From positions 653 to 64,652 of the forward strand of contig CAZPZZ010000005.1 of NCBI GenBank assembly GCA_964591245.1: DNA of 64,000 bases. Direction: 5' to 3'. Positions 17,202 through 27,008 of this stretch are shown here, piece by piece. Made by a program: the position numbers and the translations under genes. How positions within the stretch are numbered: position 1 is the stretch's first letter; each line of letters begins with the position of its first letter. Below the pieces are notes generated by a model. The model did no database searches, was not told the origin of the DNA, and was given only the letters and a program-made list of their open reading frames with translations. Source of the stretch: an uncultured Vicinamibacteraceae bacterium. Lineage in GTDB: Bacteria; Acidobacteriota; Vicinamibacteria; Vicinamibacterales; UBA8438.

Positions 17202-18101
17202 TTAACGAATGAATGTACCGTTCTGCAGTTCGGCAAACGCCTGACGTAGCTCTTCCTGCGTATTCATCACAATCGGGCCGCGCCACGCGACCGGCTCTGC
17301 GAACGGATGGCCTGAAATGAGCAGAAACTTGATTCCTTCTGGACCGGTCTGCACGACGATTTCATCCCCACCATCGAATAGGATGAGTGACCGATTCATC
17401 ACCGGAGCGGCCGATGCGTGCCCACGTGATCCCAGCTCTTCTGTGGCGATCGGGCGAGGCCTTGAGGCATCGCGAAAGTGGCCAGTCCCTGCGAACACGT
17501 AGGCGAATGCGTGTCGTGGAGACTCAACGGGCAGCCGTTTCGTCGTCTCTGGTGGGACCCAGACGTCGAGATATCGAGGGTCGGCGGCAATGCCATCGAC
17601 CGGGCCTGTCTGTCCCCAATAACTTCCGCATATGATTCGGATGCGGGTTCCGTCGTCGTCGACGACAGAGGGAATCTCGTGTGCGGTGACGTCCTGGTAC
17701 CTCGGTGCCGTCATCTTTAAGGATGACGGAAGATTGGCCCAGAGCTGGAAGCCGTGCATCCGACCTCGGGCATCCCCTTGTGGCATTTCTTGATGCAAGA
17801 TACCGCGTCCTGCCGTCATCCACTGAACATCTCCATTGTTCAGCATTCCACGGTTGCCGAGACTGTCTCCATGAGCAATTGAGCCTGCGAGAACATACGT
17901 GATCGTTTCGATTCCTCGATGCGGGTGCCACGGAAACCCTTTCTGGTAATCATTAGGGTCTTCGTTCCGGAAATCATCCAGGAGTAGAAACGGATCGAAC
18001 TCGTGCGCACCGTGAAATCCGAACGCCCGGTGGAGTTTCACACCTGCGCCCTCGAGCGCCGGTTGCGATTGGCTTACGTGCTTGATTGGCCGAATGGACA
18101 T
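17202..18101 (-). CDS. Pirin family protein
   Basis: FPWHPHRGIETITYVLAGSIAHGDSLGN and QLWANLP are bicupin pirin signatures. ATG at 18101 (MSIRPIKHV...). The ORF track starts at an upstream TTG at 18128. Confidence 0.9.
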   Translation of the reverse strand: MSIRPIKHVSQSQPALEGAGVKLHRAFGFHGAHEFDPFLLLDDFRNEDPNDYQKGFPWHPHRGIETITYVLAGSIAHGDSLGNRGMLNNGDVQWMTAGRGILHQEMPQGDARGRMHGFQLWANLPSSLKMTAPRYQDVTAHEIPSVVDDDGTRIRIICGSYWGQTGPVDGIAADPRYLDVWVPPETTKRLPVESPRHAFAYVFAGTGHFRDASRPRPIATEELGSRGHASAAPVMNRSLILFDGGDEIVVQTGPEGIKFLLISGHPFAEPVAWRGPIVMNTQEELRQAFAELQNGTFIR

Positions 18102-18812
18102 GGGTGCGTTCACTTGGGTCAAGGTCAACGGCTACACGTCGCGCTGTCGCCGTACCTCAATGACGGGTATTTCCACGGCGCGTCGGCGAGGTCTGGCCGG
18201 TCCTTGTGTCGTCGACGTGTAACGCCGCCACTCTCATGTTGGGCGAGCCACGGGTCCGCAGCCGTGGTGGGGCCCGTGCGTGTGGAACACACGGGCCAGT
18301 GGTCCCAAGGAACACCCAGACATTCTGGACCTTACTACGGAAAAATCCAAAACTTGAAATCGTGTGTTCCTATACAGGACACGTCAGGGGATATGCGGGA
18401 GAGTGGCATCGTGTGTACGCCCGTTATAAGAGGTTTTGAAGATTCTTCTTAAGCCACGTGTTTGTATTTAGTTAAGTCGTATTTCTTAAAATTTTTGGCT
18501 ATCACGTGCCTTGGTACCGAGCTTGCCAATCTTCGTTGTGTGTGACTTTGAGTGTTCCCGCCGGATCTACAGGGTGGACGGAACATGACTATGCGCAGCA
18601 ATCGTTTGATCGGCAGGGTTGGTCCCGCACCGTGGAACGCGCGCGCACCCTGGTTACGCGCTGTCGTGCTCAGGGCAGAACGTATGACCTGTTCTCGGAG
18701 GGTGTGGAATCGATGTGTTCGATCTACCTGCCATCGGTGTCACTGAGATGTCCTCGTCTGGGGGCTCCGCGGTCGGCCTATTTGGTCTGTTCTTAGCGAT
18801 TAGAGCGGCGTC

Positions 18813-20774
18813 ATGACTGAGGTCTCACTGTCTCGCATCGGGCGGGTGTATGTGCTTGCCGTGCTGGCGACCGGGGCGGGGCTCATCGTGAGTTCGATGC
18901 TCCAGGTTGCGGCCGCGGACATCGGGACCTCCTGGATGGTGGTTGTTGGTTTGTCCCTGCTGTGCGCGCCATTTTCGCTCAGGATTCCATCGATGCGGGC
19001 GACGGTCACGGTGACCGAAGCGTTCGTCTTTGCGTCTGCGTTACTCTTCGGGCCACCGGTGGCGACTGTCATCGTTGCATTCGACGGGCTCGTCCTGTCG
19101 CTACGGGCCGAGCGGCGGAGCGTCGATCGTGTGGGTTTCAACATGGCGGAGCCCGCGATCTCCGTCTGGATGTCATCTCACCTGTTCTATGTGGTGTCCG
19201 GGGTGGAGCCCTTGGCGGGGCGGGCCGTTGAACTCACACCACTGCTGTTGCCGTTGCTGTTGATGATTGCTTCCTACTTCTTGCTCAACGGGGTGTTGAG
19301 CCTGACGGCACTGTGGTTTGAAACCCACGTCAATCTCTACGAGTTCTTGAAACAGCAGCTTCCGCACGTTGCCATCAATTGCTTCACGAGCTGCTGTTGC
19401 ATTGTCTTACTTGTGCTGAACCTGCCCGACTTGTCTCTGGAAGTGTTGGGGATGTTCGTGCCGCTGCTGGTCTTGACGTACGCCTCGTCCAAACTGTCCA
19501 CCGCAAGGGTGGAAGAAGCGAATAGGCATTTGGGCGAGCTGAGCCGGCTCTACCTCACGACTATCGAGGCGCTGGCATTGGCAATCGACGCAAAAGACCT
19601 GGTCACCAGTGGACACATCCGGCGTGTACAGAGTCATTCAGTCGCGGTGGCGCGCAAACTCGGTGTCACTGATGCAAGAGAGATCAAGGCAATCGAAGCG
19701 TCAGCGTTGCTGCATGATCTCGGTAAGCTGGCCATTCCAGAGCACGTGTTGAACAAGCCGGGCAAACTTACCGAGTCCGAGTTTGAACAGATGAAATCCC
19801 ACGCGAAGATTGGGGCTGACATCTTGTCCACGATAGATTTTCCCTACCCTGTTGAGCCAATCGTGCGGCACCACCACGAGACCTGGGATGGTCAGGGTTA
19901 TCCGGATGGGCTTGTGGGCGACGCGATTCCCTTAGGTGCACGGATCTTGAGTGTCGTGGATTGTTTCGATGCTTTAACGTCGGATCGTCCCTATCGCCGG
20001 GCTATGGACAAGGAACACGCGCTGGCTGTGATTACGGCGCGGCGGGGTGGGCACTACGATCCGCGAGTAGTCGACGTATTCGTGGAACTCATCGAGGACT
20101 TGCTCAACCCAGCGGTTGCAAGTGCGCACCACGACTGCCTGGTGGCCGCGAAAGAGGCGGAGGTCCCCAAGGTGGTGGCACCGGAGCAGGCGGTTCGTCC
20201 CACTATGTTGAATGACGCGGTGCCTATGGCATCACATACTCATGTGGGAGAACGACGGGCTCACTCGGGCGACCTCGTGCTCCCCAACTTTGTGGAGGTG
20301 GCGCGATACGCCGAATCGGTGATGCCCGGGGCCTTGTGTGTGGTCTACCACCATCAGCAGGAACTGGCCAGACTTACCGTGTCGCACGTGTCGATTCCAG
20401 AGTATGAGTTTGTGTTGCGCGACTTCTGCGTACCGCTGGGTGACTGTTTGACCGGATGGGTGGGCGCCAATCGTGAAATTGTCTACAACTCAGATCCGAC
20501 CCTCGATTTCGGGGACCTTGCCCCGGCATTCACTCCACGTTTTCGTAGCTGTTTCTCAGTGCCGGTGATACGAGATGGTGAGCTTGTTGGCGTGCTCAGC
20601 GTCTATGGACAGGAGCCGCAAGGACTCACCCGCCAGCGGGCTGATGACATCGTGCAGCTCGTGGACGCTGGTTTCACGGGTAGGTTGCAAGATCCCGGTG
20701 TGACGCAGTTGAAAGAGGTGGAAGATCTACCTACCTCGACGAAGAAAGCACGTAGCAGCGCGATCGTGGTCTAG
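18813..20774 (+). CDS. Membrane-anchored HD-GYP phosphodiesterase with C-terminal GAF-like domain
   Basis: The N-terminus is a multi-TM region of ~230 aa. The HD-GYP core carries ALLHDLGKLAIP and HHHETWDGQGYPDGL. The C-terminal segment LTGWVGANREIVYNSDP...FSVPVIRDGELVGVLSVYG is GAF-like. Confidence 0.85.
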   Translation: MTEVSLSRIGRVYVLAVLATGAGLIVSSMLQVAAADIGTSWMVVVGLSLLCAPFSLRIPSMRATVTVTEAFVFASALLFGPPVATVIVAFDGLVLSLRAERRSVDRVGFNMAEPAISVWMSSHLFYVVSGVEPLAGRAVELTPLLLPLLLMIASYFLLNGVLSLTALWFETHVNLYEFLKQQLPHVAINCFTSCCCIVLLVLNLPDLSLEVLGMFVPLLVLTYASSKLSTARVEEANRHLGELSRLYLTTIEALALAIDAKDLVTSGHIRRVQSHSVAVARKLGVTDAREIKAIEASALLHDLGKLAIPEHVLNKPGKLTESEFEQMKSHAKIGADILSTIDFPYPVEPIVRHHHETWDGQGYPDGLVGDAIPLGARILSVVDCFDALTSDRPYRRAMDKEHALAVITARRGGHYDPRVVDVFVELIEDLLNPAVASAHHDCLVAAKEAEVPKVVAPEQAVRPTMLNDAVPMASHTHVGERRAHSGDLVLPNFVEVARYAESVMPGALCVVYHHQQELARLTVSHVSIPEYEFVLRDFCVPLGDCLTGWVGANREIVYNSDPTLDFGDLAPAFTPRFRSCFSVPVIRDGELVGVLSVYGQEPQGLTRQRADDIVQLVDAGFTGRLQDPGVTQLKEVEDLPTSTKKARSSAIVV

Positions 20775-20835
20775 TACACGCCTCGGGCAGGTTCTCCTTG
20801 ACGCGTCGGCGTAGTGGTTCGGTGGAGGCGCTGTC

Positions 20836-21669
20836 TTACGGATCACGAGGGTGCGCGGCGCTCCATTCCCGGGTAAGGCGTTGGGCTTCGGCGAATTCGT
20901 CTGGACTCATCGTGCTCGCAACCCGGTCACGCCCACGGATGACCAGTTCTCGGTTGCGATCCGCATTCTGTCTACCCGCGGCTGAGAGGCTAAACCACAC
21001 GTACGCGGCCACGTAGTCCTGCGGAACGCCGACACCGGCTTCGTACATCACCCCCAGGTTCCACTGCGCATCGGCATGTCCCTGCTCGGCGGCCGACCGG
21101 TACCAGCGCATCGCTTGGATGTCGTTTTGTGGGAGACCACGACCGATGTCATACAGGACTCCGAGGTTGTATTGCGCTACGTCGTATCCCTGCTCGGCGG
21201 CCAGTTGATACCACCGTGCGGCTTCGATGTCGTCTAGCGGCACGCCCCGACCGGTCGCGTATCTGTTCCCGAGGGTGAACTGCGCCACGGCACCTCCCTG
21301 CTCGGCTGCGAGTCGATACCACCGTACGGCTTCGGCATGATCCCGCGGAACGCCGAATCCGAACTGGTAAAAATCACCAAGTCTGCTCTGTGCGCTGGCA
21401 TGCCCCTGTTCGGCCGCTAGCCGATACCAGCGAGCCGCTTCCGTATCTCCGATTGTGTCTACTTCGACGTCTTGACTATCAATGAGGTGGATTTCATCGA
21501 GGCAGCCAACGTCGTGCATGCACCCAAACTCGTACTGGGCTTCGGCATTGCCCTGCTGCGCCGATTCCCGTAACGCATCGATCTGCGGTGTTTGCGCCGG
21601 TAGTGGCCTACTCAACATGAACACGATGAGTACGGTGACGCCGGTCGTTTTGCGTACGCCACGGGTCAT
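20836..21669 (-). CDS. Sel1-repeat (SLR/TPR family) exported protein
   Basis: Repeated units read AARWYRLAAEQGHASAQSRLGDFYQFGFGVPRDHAEA. ATG at 21669 is preceded by AGGAG..AAGAGG. The signal peptide is MTRGVRKTTGVTVLIVFMLSRPLPAQ. Confidence 0.85.
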   Translation of the reverse strand: MTRGVRKTTGVTVLIVFMLSRPLPAQTPQIDALRESAQQGNAEAQYEFGCMHDVGCLDEIHLIDSQDVEVDTIGDTEAARWYRLAAEQGHASAQSRLGDFYQFGFGVPRDHAEAVRWYRLAAEQGGAVAQFTLGNRYATGRGVPLDDIEAARWYQLAAEQGYDVAQYNLGVLYDIGRGLPQNDIQAMRWYRSAAEQGHADAQWNLGVMYEAGVGVPQDYVAAYVWFSLSAAGRQNADRNRELVIRGRDRVASTMSPDEFAEAQRLTREWSAAHPRDP

Positions 21670-22147
21670 GGGTCCTCTTGACTCCTGGGATGGTTCATAC
21701 ACGCCAACATCCTACTGTCCGCGCGCGGTAGGAACAATACGGCCCCAGAATGGTGTTGGCCGCTGACGCGATGCTGACACGGGCCGCCGGCCGGTTTTGC
21801 CTCACTGCTCTCGATGGCGATGGCCCATCCATGGCTCTCTGTTTATAGGACAGGCGTTGTGAAAGAGGCACGCAACCAAGGCTAGCGGTCGCAGGCTTGT
21901 CGGATCGTACCAGTTGACAAATGTTTCACGCGACAGTGATGAGCACGTGCGTCGTACGAAGCGTAGTTGGCACACGGTCTTGATATTTGGGGTGGAGGAG
22001 ACTCTAATACTGCCCTATCGCTGTCAGAAAACATTGCTAGGCGTTGACACCGAACTTATGTGCCCAGGAGAGACCTTCTTTGAAGTATGACTGTCGGGCG
22101 AATGCCTGGGTGGCGTGTGGATCCCGGCCGGCCTTGGGGCAGTCGCC

Positions 22148-23074
22148 ATGAGGCTTGATCTTGTGCCTTCACGCGAGCAAGATTTCCCCGTGTATCGATC
22201 ATGGCTGTTTCTTCTTCCGCTGGGACTCCTGATCGTGTCTGGATCTGCGGCGGGCCAGTCGGCCGGCCTGGATCTCGTGGTGACTCTACATCGGGCCGGT
22301 GAGCAGCTGGAGCAACATTACCAACGGTCGCAACGTATTGTCTCGACCGAAGAGGTATGGGTGCGGTCGTTCAGGCACGATATGCAGTCCAATGGTTCTC
22401 CTCGCCGACTGAGGTTTGAGCACCGGCTCGAGTGGGGGATGTCCGAATCCGGTGACGGACCTACCGTGTCGGTGCGCCGGGAGTTGCAGTCCGTAAACGG
22501 GCGTGAGCCCAGACCACAGGATGTAGATGGGTGCCTCACGCCGTTGGCCGAGGACGAGGATCCGTTATCCGCGCTGTTGCCGAACCGTCAGAGGGACTTT
22601 GAGTTCTCTGTGGCTGAGGTCGAGCGCGTGGAGGGTCGCGAGGTGGCGCGACTCGAGTATGTACCCTTGGACGAAGGTGTTGCGGAGGTGATTTGGGAAG
22701 AGGGATGCGTGTCGATCTCTCTTCCCGGGTGGATGCGCGGGGAGGTATGGGTGGACGTCGAATCGGGGGTCGTGCTCCGTCTCGATCAGCATTTGATGCG
22801 GCGGTTCGAATTTCAGCATCCACCCGACAGCCCGCGGGGTAGACGGGGGCGGATTGCGCTTGAGCGCTCTGATTTGAGTATTCGGTACCACCGCGTGTCG
22901 TTCCGTGATCCGGACGAAACACTCATGCTGCCCCGGTCAGTCGAGCGCAACTGGGTCTTGCAGGGAAGCGGTTTCGTGCCACGGTACTATCGCAGTCAGG
23001 AGTACTCGAATTATCGTCGATTTGTTACTGGTGGGCGCCTGGTCCCGACGCCGGATGCCGCCAGTGACCGGTAG
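22148..23074 (+). CDS. Exported hypothetical protein
   Basis: Long ORF with genome-typical codon usage and a hydrophobic N-terminal segment (WLFLLPLGLLIVSGSAAGQS). I recognise no domain. The start is uncertain between 22115 and 22148. Confidence 0.6.
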   Translation: MRLDLVPSREQDFPVYRSWLFLLPLGLLIVSGSAAGQSAGLDLVVTLHRAGEQLEQHYQRSQRIVSTEEVWVRSFRHDMQSNGSPRRLRFEHRLEWGMSESGDGPTVSVRRELQSVNGREPRPQDVDGCLTPLAEDEDPLSALLPNRQRDFEFSVAEVERVEGREVARLEYVPLDEGVAEVIWEEGCVSISLPGWMRGEVWVDVESGVVLRLDQHLMRRFEFQHPPDSPRGRRGRIALERSDLSIRYHRVSFRDPDETLMLPRSVERNWVLQGSGFVPRYYRSQEYSNYRRFVTGGRLVPTPDAASDR

Positions 23075-23134
23075 GGCATTTTGTTCTCACGTTTGTTAAC
23101 GAGGCTCGCACGAAGCCAGGCAGGAGACCGTTCC

Positions 23135-24466
23135 ATGACCGATCGTCATCCATCCAGGCGCCATTTCATCAAGGGGGTATCCGCGTCTACGGCGTCTTTG
23201 ATGGTGGTACCTCGTCATGTACTAGGCCGTGGTTTCCAGGCTCCCAGCGATACCTTGAATATTGCCGGCATCGGTGTTGGGGGGCGGGGGCGGGCGAACG
23301 TGCACGGCTGTGCCAGCCAGAACATCTCGGCGCTCTGTGACGTCGATCCCGGGCTGGCAAGTCGGACCTATCGCGAATTTCCCGAAGCGCGGACTTACAC
23401 AGACTATCGAGTGATGTTGGACCGCGAATCGGATATCGATGCGGTCATCATCGCGACGCCCGATCATACCCATGCGGTCATCGCGGCCGAGGCGATGCGC
23501 CGCGGTCACCATGTGTACTGCGAGAAGCCACTGACTCGAACGGTTGCCGAAGCGCGGGCGCTTGCCAGGATCGCTCGTGAGCAGAATGTTGTGACCCAGA
23601 TGGGGAATCAAGGTCATGCCCAGGAGGGCACTCGTCAAATCAGGGAGTGGATTGAAGCTGGTGCGATCGGGACGGTGCGTGATGTTCATTACTGGACGAA
23701 TCGGCCCATCTGGCCCCAGGCCATTGAACGCCCGACAGACGCCCACCATCCGTCCGCCGGACTTGATTGGGATCTGTTCCTCGGGCCGGCCCCGGCACGC
23801 CCCTACCATCCCGCCTATCATCCATTCAGGTGGCGCGGTTGGTGGGACTACGGGACCGGTGCGTTGGGTGATATTGCCTGTCATTCGATGGACGCAGCGT
23901 TCTGGGCATTCGATCTCGACCAGCCGACGCGGATTGAAGCTGAAACGAGCCCTCTCTTCGCTGAGACGGCACCGGCGGTGTCGCGCATCACCTACGAGTT
24001 CCCCGCGAAGGGGGGGCGCGGACCGATCCGCTTTGTCTGGCGCGACGGCAATCTCACGATGCCACGCCCCCCGCAACTTGCAGCGCAGGAGCAGCTCCCG
24101 GGTGGCAACAGCGGGCAACTTTTCGTTGGGACTGAAGGGGTGCTCGGCGCGGACATCTATGGTCGGGAACCCAGGATTTTCCCGAGTGAACGCCACCATG
24201 ACCTGATGTCCAGTCCACCCGCGGTGACGTATCCGCGGTCGCCAGGCGTATATCTTGAGTGGATCGCCGCGTGCAAGGGAAATGGCACCGCGGGATCCAG
24301 TTTTCCCGATCACTCGGGTCCGCTCACCGAGGTGTGTCTACTTGGTAACCTCGCGGTACGTACGGGACGGGCTATCGACTGGGACGCCACCTCGATGCGC
24401 GCGACGAACGTGCCAGAAGCCAATGGCTTTCTCGACGAGGCCTACCGCGAGGGCTGGTCACTCTGA
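23135..24466 (+). CDS. Gfo/Idh/MocA family oxidoreductase with TAT signal
   Basis: AGGAG lies 8 nt before the ATG at 23135. SRRHFIKGVSASTASLMVVP is a TAT signal. NIAGIGVGGRGRAN is a Rossmann motif, and VIIATPDHTHAVIAAEAMRRGHHVYCEKPL is also present. Confidence 0.85.
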   Translation: MTDRHPSRRHFIKGVSASTASLMVVPRHVLGRGFQAPSDTLNIAGIGVGGRGRANVHGCASQNISALCDVDPGLASRTYREFPEARTYTDYRVMLDRESDIDAVIIATPDHTHAVIAAEAMRRGHHVYCEKPLTRTVAEARALARIAREQNVVTQMGNQGHAQEGTRQIREWIEAGAIGTVRDVHYWTNRPIWPQAIERPTDAHHPSAGLDWDLFLGPAPARPYHPAYHPFRWRGWWDYGTGALGDIACHSMDAAFWAFDLDQPTRIEAETSPLFAETAPAVSRITYEFPAKGGRGPIRFVWRDGNLTMPRPPQLAAQEQLPGGNSGQLFVGTEGVLGADIYGREPRIFPSERHHDLMSSPPAVTYPRSPGVYLEWIAACKGNGTAGSSFPDHSGPLTEVCLLGNLAVRTGRAIDWDATSMRATNVPEANGFLDEAYREGWSL

Positions 24467-24663
24467 GACGCACGTTCCGTTCGGTGTGTGGCGGGCAACG
24501 GCCTGCGTGACGCCGTTCTTACCGGGGCAGCTCAAGCCAGGCGATTGCCTGCGATCTCTCTTCGGTGTCGGAGAGGCGTGCCAAGGGCGTATGCTCTTGC
24601 GTGTTGATTCCAGCACGCGCTCGTTACGGTATGACACGAAACCTCAACTTCCGGGAGTTTCAT

Positions 24664-25590
24664 ATGCAACGACTTCTCTGGCCGCACGTGCCGTCTGCGC
24701 CCGCATGGCTACTCGCGATCGGCCTGTGCGCGTGTTCGGGGTCTGGAGTACCAATGCCGGCACGCAGTACGTCGTCCGCTGAATCTGGTACCGAGGTCTC
24801 GAGGACGTTTGGTGACGCCCTGACGTTTCACGCGTCGTTCGACGCTGGTGTCGATGCCGACTGGGCACTCGGAGACCATCAGCTCTACACGGCTCCTTCC
24901 TATGATGCGTTGGATGCGGCGAGTCCTGGGCTCGGCAATCCCGATGTCGAGCTTGCTCAGGGGGCTGGCCGGTTCGGTCATGCGCTGCGCTTCACGGCAC
25001 GGAATCAACATGCCATCTACTACGACGCGGATGATAACGTGTCGTACTCGCCAGCCGGGTGGAATGGAACGGTGTCGTTCTGGTTGAGTCTGGATCCCGC
25101 CACGGATCTGGCACCGGGATTTTGTGATCCGATTCAAATCACGGACGCCGCCTACAACGACGCGGCCATCTGGGTTGATTTCACAGCTCAGAATCCCAGG
25201 CAGTTTCGTCTAGGTGTGTTCGGCGATCTCGATACATGGAATCCTGAAGACCTTTCTCCCGATTCCAATCCAGCGTTCGAGGAACGGTTGGTGGTTGTGG
25301 ATGCACCTCCCTTTGCAGCTGAGTCGTGGACGCATGTGGTCATTACCCATAGCGGGCTCAATACCCAGGAAGGGGGAGTAGCGACCTTGTATCTTGACGG
25401 CGAACGGGTACAGGCCAGTAGCGGTATTGATGAACCCTTTAGTTGGGAGCCGGGCAGGGGGACCATTCGCCTTGGCGTCAACTACGTGGGGCTCTTCGAT
25501 GATCTCTCCCTGTTCAATCGAGCGTTGACCGACGAGGAGGTAAGTCGGCTTCACGCGCTCGCGACGGGTGTTTTGGAGTTATATCCGTAA
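24664..25590 (+). CDS. LamG/concanavalin-A-like lectin-fold protein, probable lipoprotein
   Basis: GGGAG RBS, then ATG at 24664. The N-terminus is MQRLLWPHVPSAPAWLLAIGLCACSG. The C-terminal VNYVGLFDDLSLFNRALTDEEV is typical of LamG-type laminin-G domains. Confidence 0.65.
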   Translation: MQRLLWPHVPSAPAWLLAIGLCACSGSGVPMPARSTSSAESGTEVSRTFGDALTFHASFDAGVDADWALGDHQLYTAPSYDALDAASPGLGNPDVELAQGAGRFGHALRFTARNQHAIYYDADDNVSYSPAGWNGTVSFWLSLDPATDLAPGFCDPIQITDAAYNDAAIWVDFTAQNPRQFRLGVFGDLDTWNPEDLSPDSNPAFEERLVVVDAPPFAAESWTHVVITHSGLNTQEGGVATLYLDGERVQASSGIDEPFSWEPGRGTIRLGVNYVGLFDDLSLFNRALTDEEVSRLHALATGVLELYP

Positions 25591-25791
25591 CCGGCTCATT
25601 CTCTTCGATCGTGGAGGGGTCTATTTCTCTGCGCGGGTGAGTGCGAAGGTGGGGACCTGTGGCAGCGAGACTACACCCACATTGTTAGCCGGGTGATGGA
25701 TGTTGGCGGAACCTGGTCTCGCGGGACTCATGACACCGCCGGTTGCGGTGAACGACGAGACCAGGTTCCGCGGTAATGCCTGGATCAGGTT

Positions 25792-26967
25792 TCAGGGAAT
25801 GGGTCCAGATACATTCACACGAATGCGGTACAAACCTGTCCGACCCGTCATATAGAGTGTTCGACCATCGTCGCCCCACGCGACGTTGGCTGGTACTTCC
25901 GTAGGCTTGATCGTGCCGAGGTGTCGTCCCTCGGGGCTGATGACCCAGACGCCGCCAGGACCGGTGGCCCATAGATTACCCTCGTTGTCGACCTTAAGTC
26001 CGTCTGCAGCTCCAGGAGCGTTAACCGCACTCGCGTCGAGGAGCACTTCGCCTGCGTCGAGGCTACCGTCTGCGGCAACGTCATACTGCATCCATCGATT
26101 CTCCGAACTATCTGCCACATAGAGGTGTCCTTCGTCGGGCGAGAACGCGATGCCGTTGGGACCAGGTTGTTCGGCGAGTCGGATGAGGCTGCCATCAGGA
26201 TCCAGGCGATAGATCCCGTTGACGTCGAGTGCCCGGTCGTCCGGTGTCGGCAAGCCATAGGGCGGGTCGGTAAAGTAGAGAGCGCCGTCAGATCTATAGG
26301 CGAGATCATTGGGGCTGTTCAGTCGACCTCCTTCGAAATTGTCTACGACTATGCTCCGGGTGCCATTCGCGGCGATTCGAGAAATCCGACCGTTGAAGTG
26401 TTCGGTGAAGACGATGTCACCGTTCGGGGCCACGGTAATGCCGTTGGAGCCGGAGAACCGATCTTCTACCGGCTCGCCTTCGAACACTGGTGCAAGGAAG
26501 TCGCTGACAACGCCGGCTGGGGTCCACTTGATAATACGATTACCGGGAATGTCACTGAAGAGTAAGAAGGGATCTTCGCCTCGGACCCAGACGGGACCTT
26601 CGGTAAAGCCGAAACCATCGGCGAGGTGTTCGATCTCGGCATCTTGCGGCACTAACGTATTGAATGCGGGGTCAAGGCGTTCGATCGTGCCAGCGCCGGA
26701 GGCGGCACGTTGGACGAGTGTGGTGGCGTGCCAGTTGTTCGTCGGCGCGAGTGATGGGAATCGATACAAGTCGTAGCCAGGGGTCTCGGTAAACCGAAAG
26801 CCGCTCGGACTCGCATTGGACCACACGCCGATCGTTGCACCTGCCTCGGATGGTTGGGCGGTTCGTGTCTGCGCCTGTGTCATTGGGATTGAGAGACTGC
26901 TCCAGCCCACGCATGCCGTCGCGAGTCCGATTACGAACGCTTTCGAGATGTATGGATGTTGTGACAC
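25792..26967 (-). CDS. SMP-30/gluconolactonase/LRE family beta-propeller protein (exported)
   Basis: Carries GRLNSPNDLAYRSDGALYFTDPPYG, GPNGIAFSPDEGHLYVADS and ANVAWGDDGRTLYMT. AAGGAG RBS, then GTG at 26967. Has a signal peptide. Confidence 0.85.
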   Translation of the reverse strand: MSQHPYISKAFVIGLATACVGWSSLSIPMTQAQTRTAQPSEAGATIGVWSNASPSGFRFTETPGYDLYRFPSLAPTNNWHATTLVQRAASGAGTIERLDPAFNTLVPQDAEIEHLADGFGFTEGPVWVRGEDPFLLFSDIPGNRIIKWTPAGVVSDFLAPVFEGEPVEDRFSGSNGITVAPNGDIVFTEHFNGRISRIAANGTRSIVVDNFEGGRLNSPNDLAYRSDGALYFTDPPYGLPTPDDRALDVNGIYRLDPDGSLIRLAEQPGPNGIAFSPDEGHLYVADSSENRWMQYDVAADGSLDAGEVLLDASAVNAPGAADGLKVDNEGNLWATGPGGVWVISPEGRHLGTIKPTEVPANVAWGDDGRTLYMTGRTGLYRIRVNVSGPIP

Positions 26968-27008
26968 CTTCGTTCTCCTTTATATGACGATGGAACGCGA
27001 GATCCGAC

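Noticed and set aside
21968-21983. Sigma54-like TGGCAC-N-TTG element upstream of the 22148 gene
   Set aside because: The spacing is off by one and the -12 element reads TTGA rather than TTGC. No enhancer-binding protein is nearby.
22803-22812. GGTTCGAAT, a tRNA T-arm-like string
   Set aside because: It lies inside a protein-coding ORF and has no flanking acceptor, D or anticodon stems. I found no tRNA in the window.
23222-24313. 363-aa minus-strand ORF antisense to the Gfo/Idh/MocA gene
   Set aside because: This is a typical high-GC shadow ORF. Its translation is Arg/Pro/Gly-rich with no motifs, and it is fully contained within a well-supported plus-strand gene.
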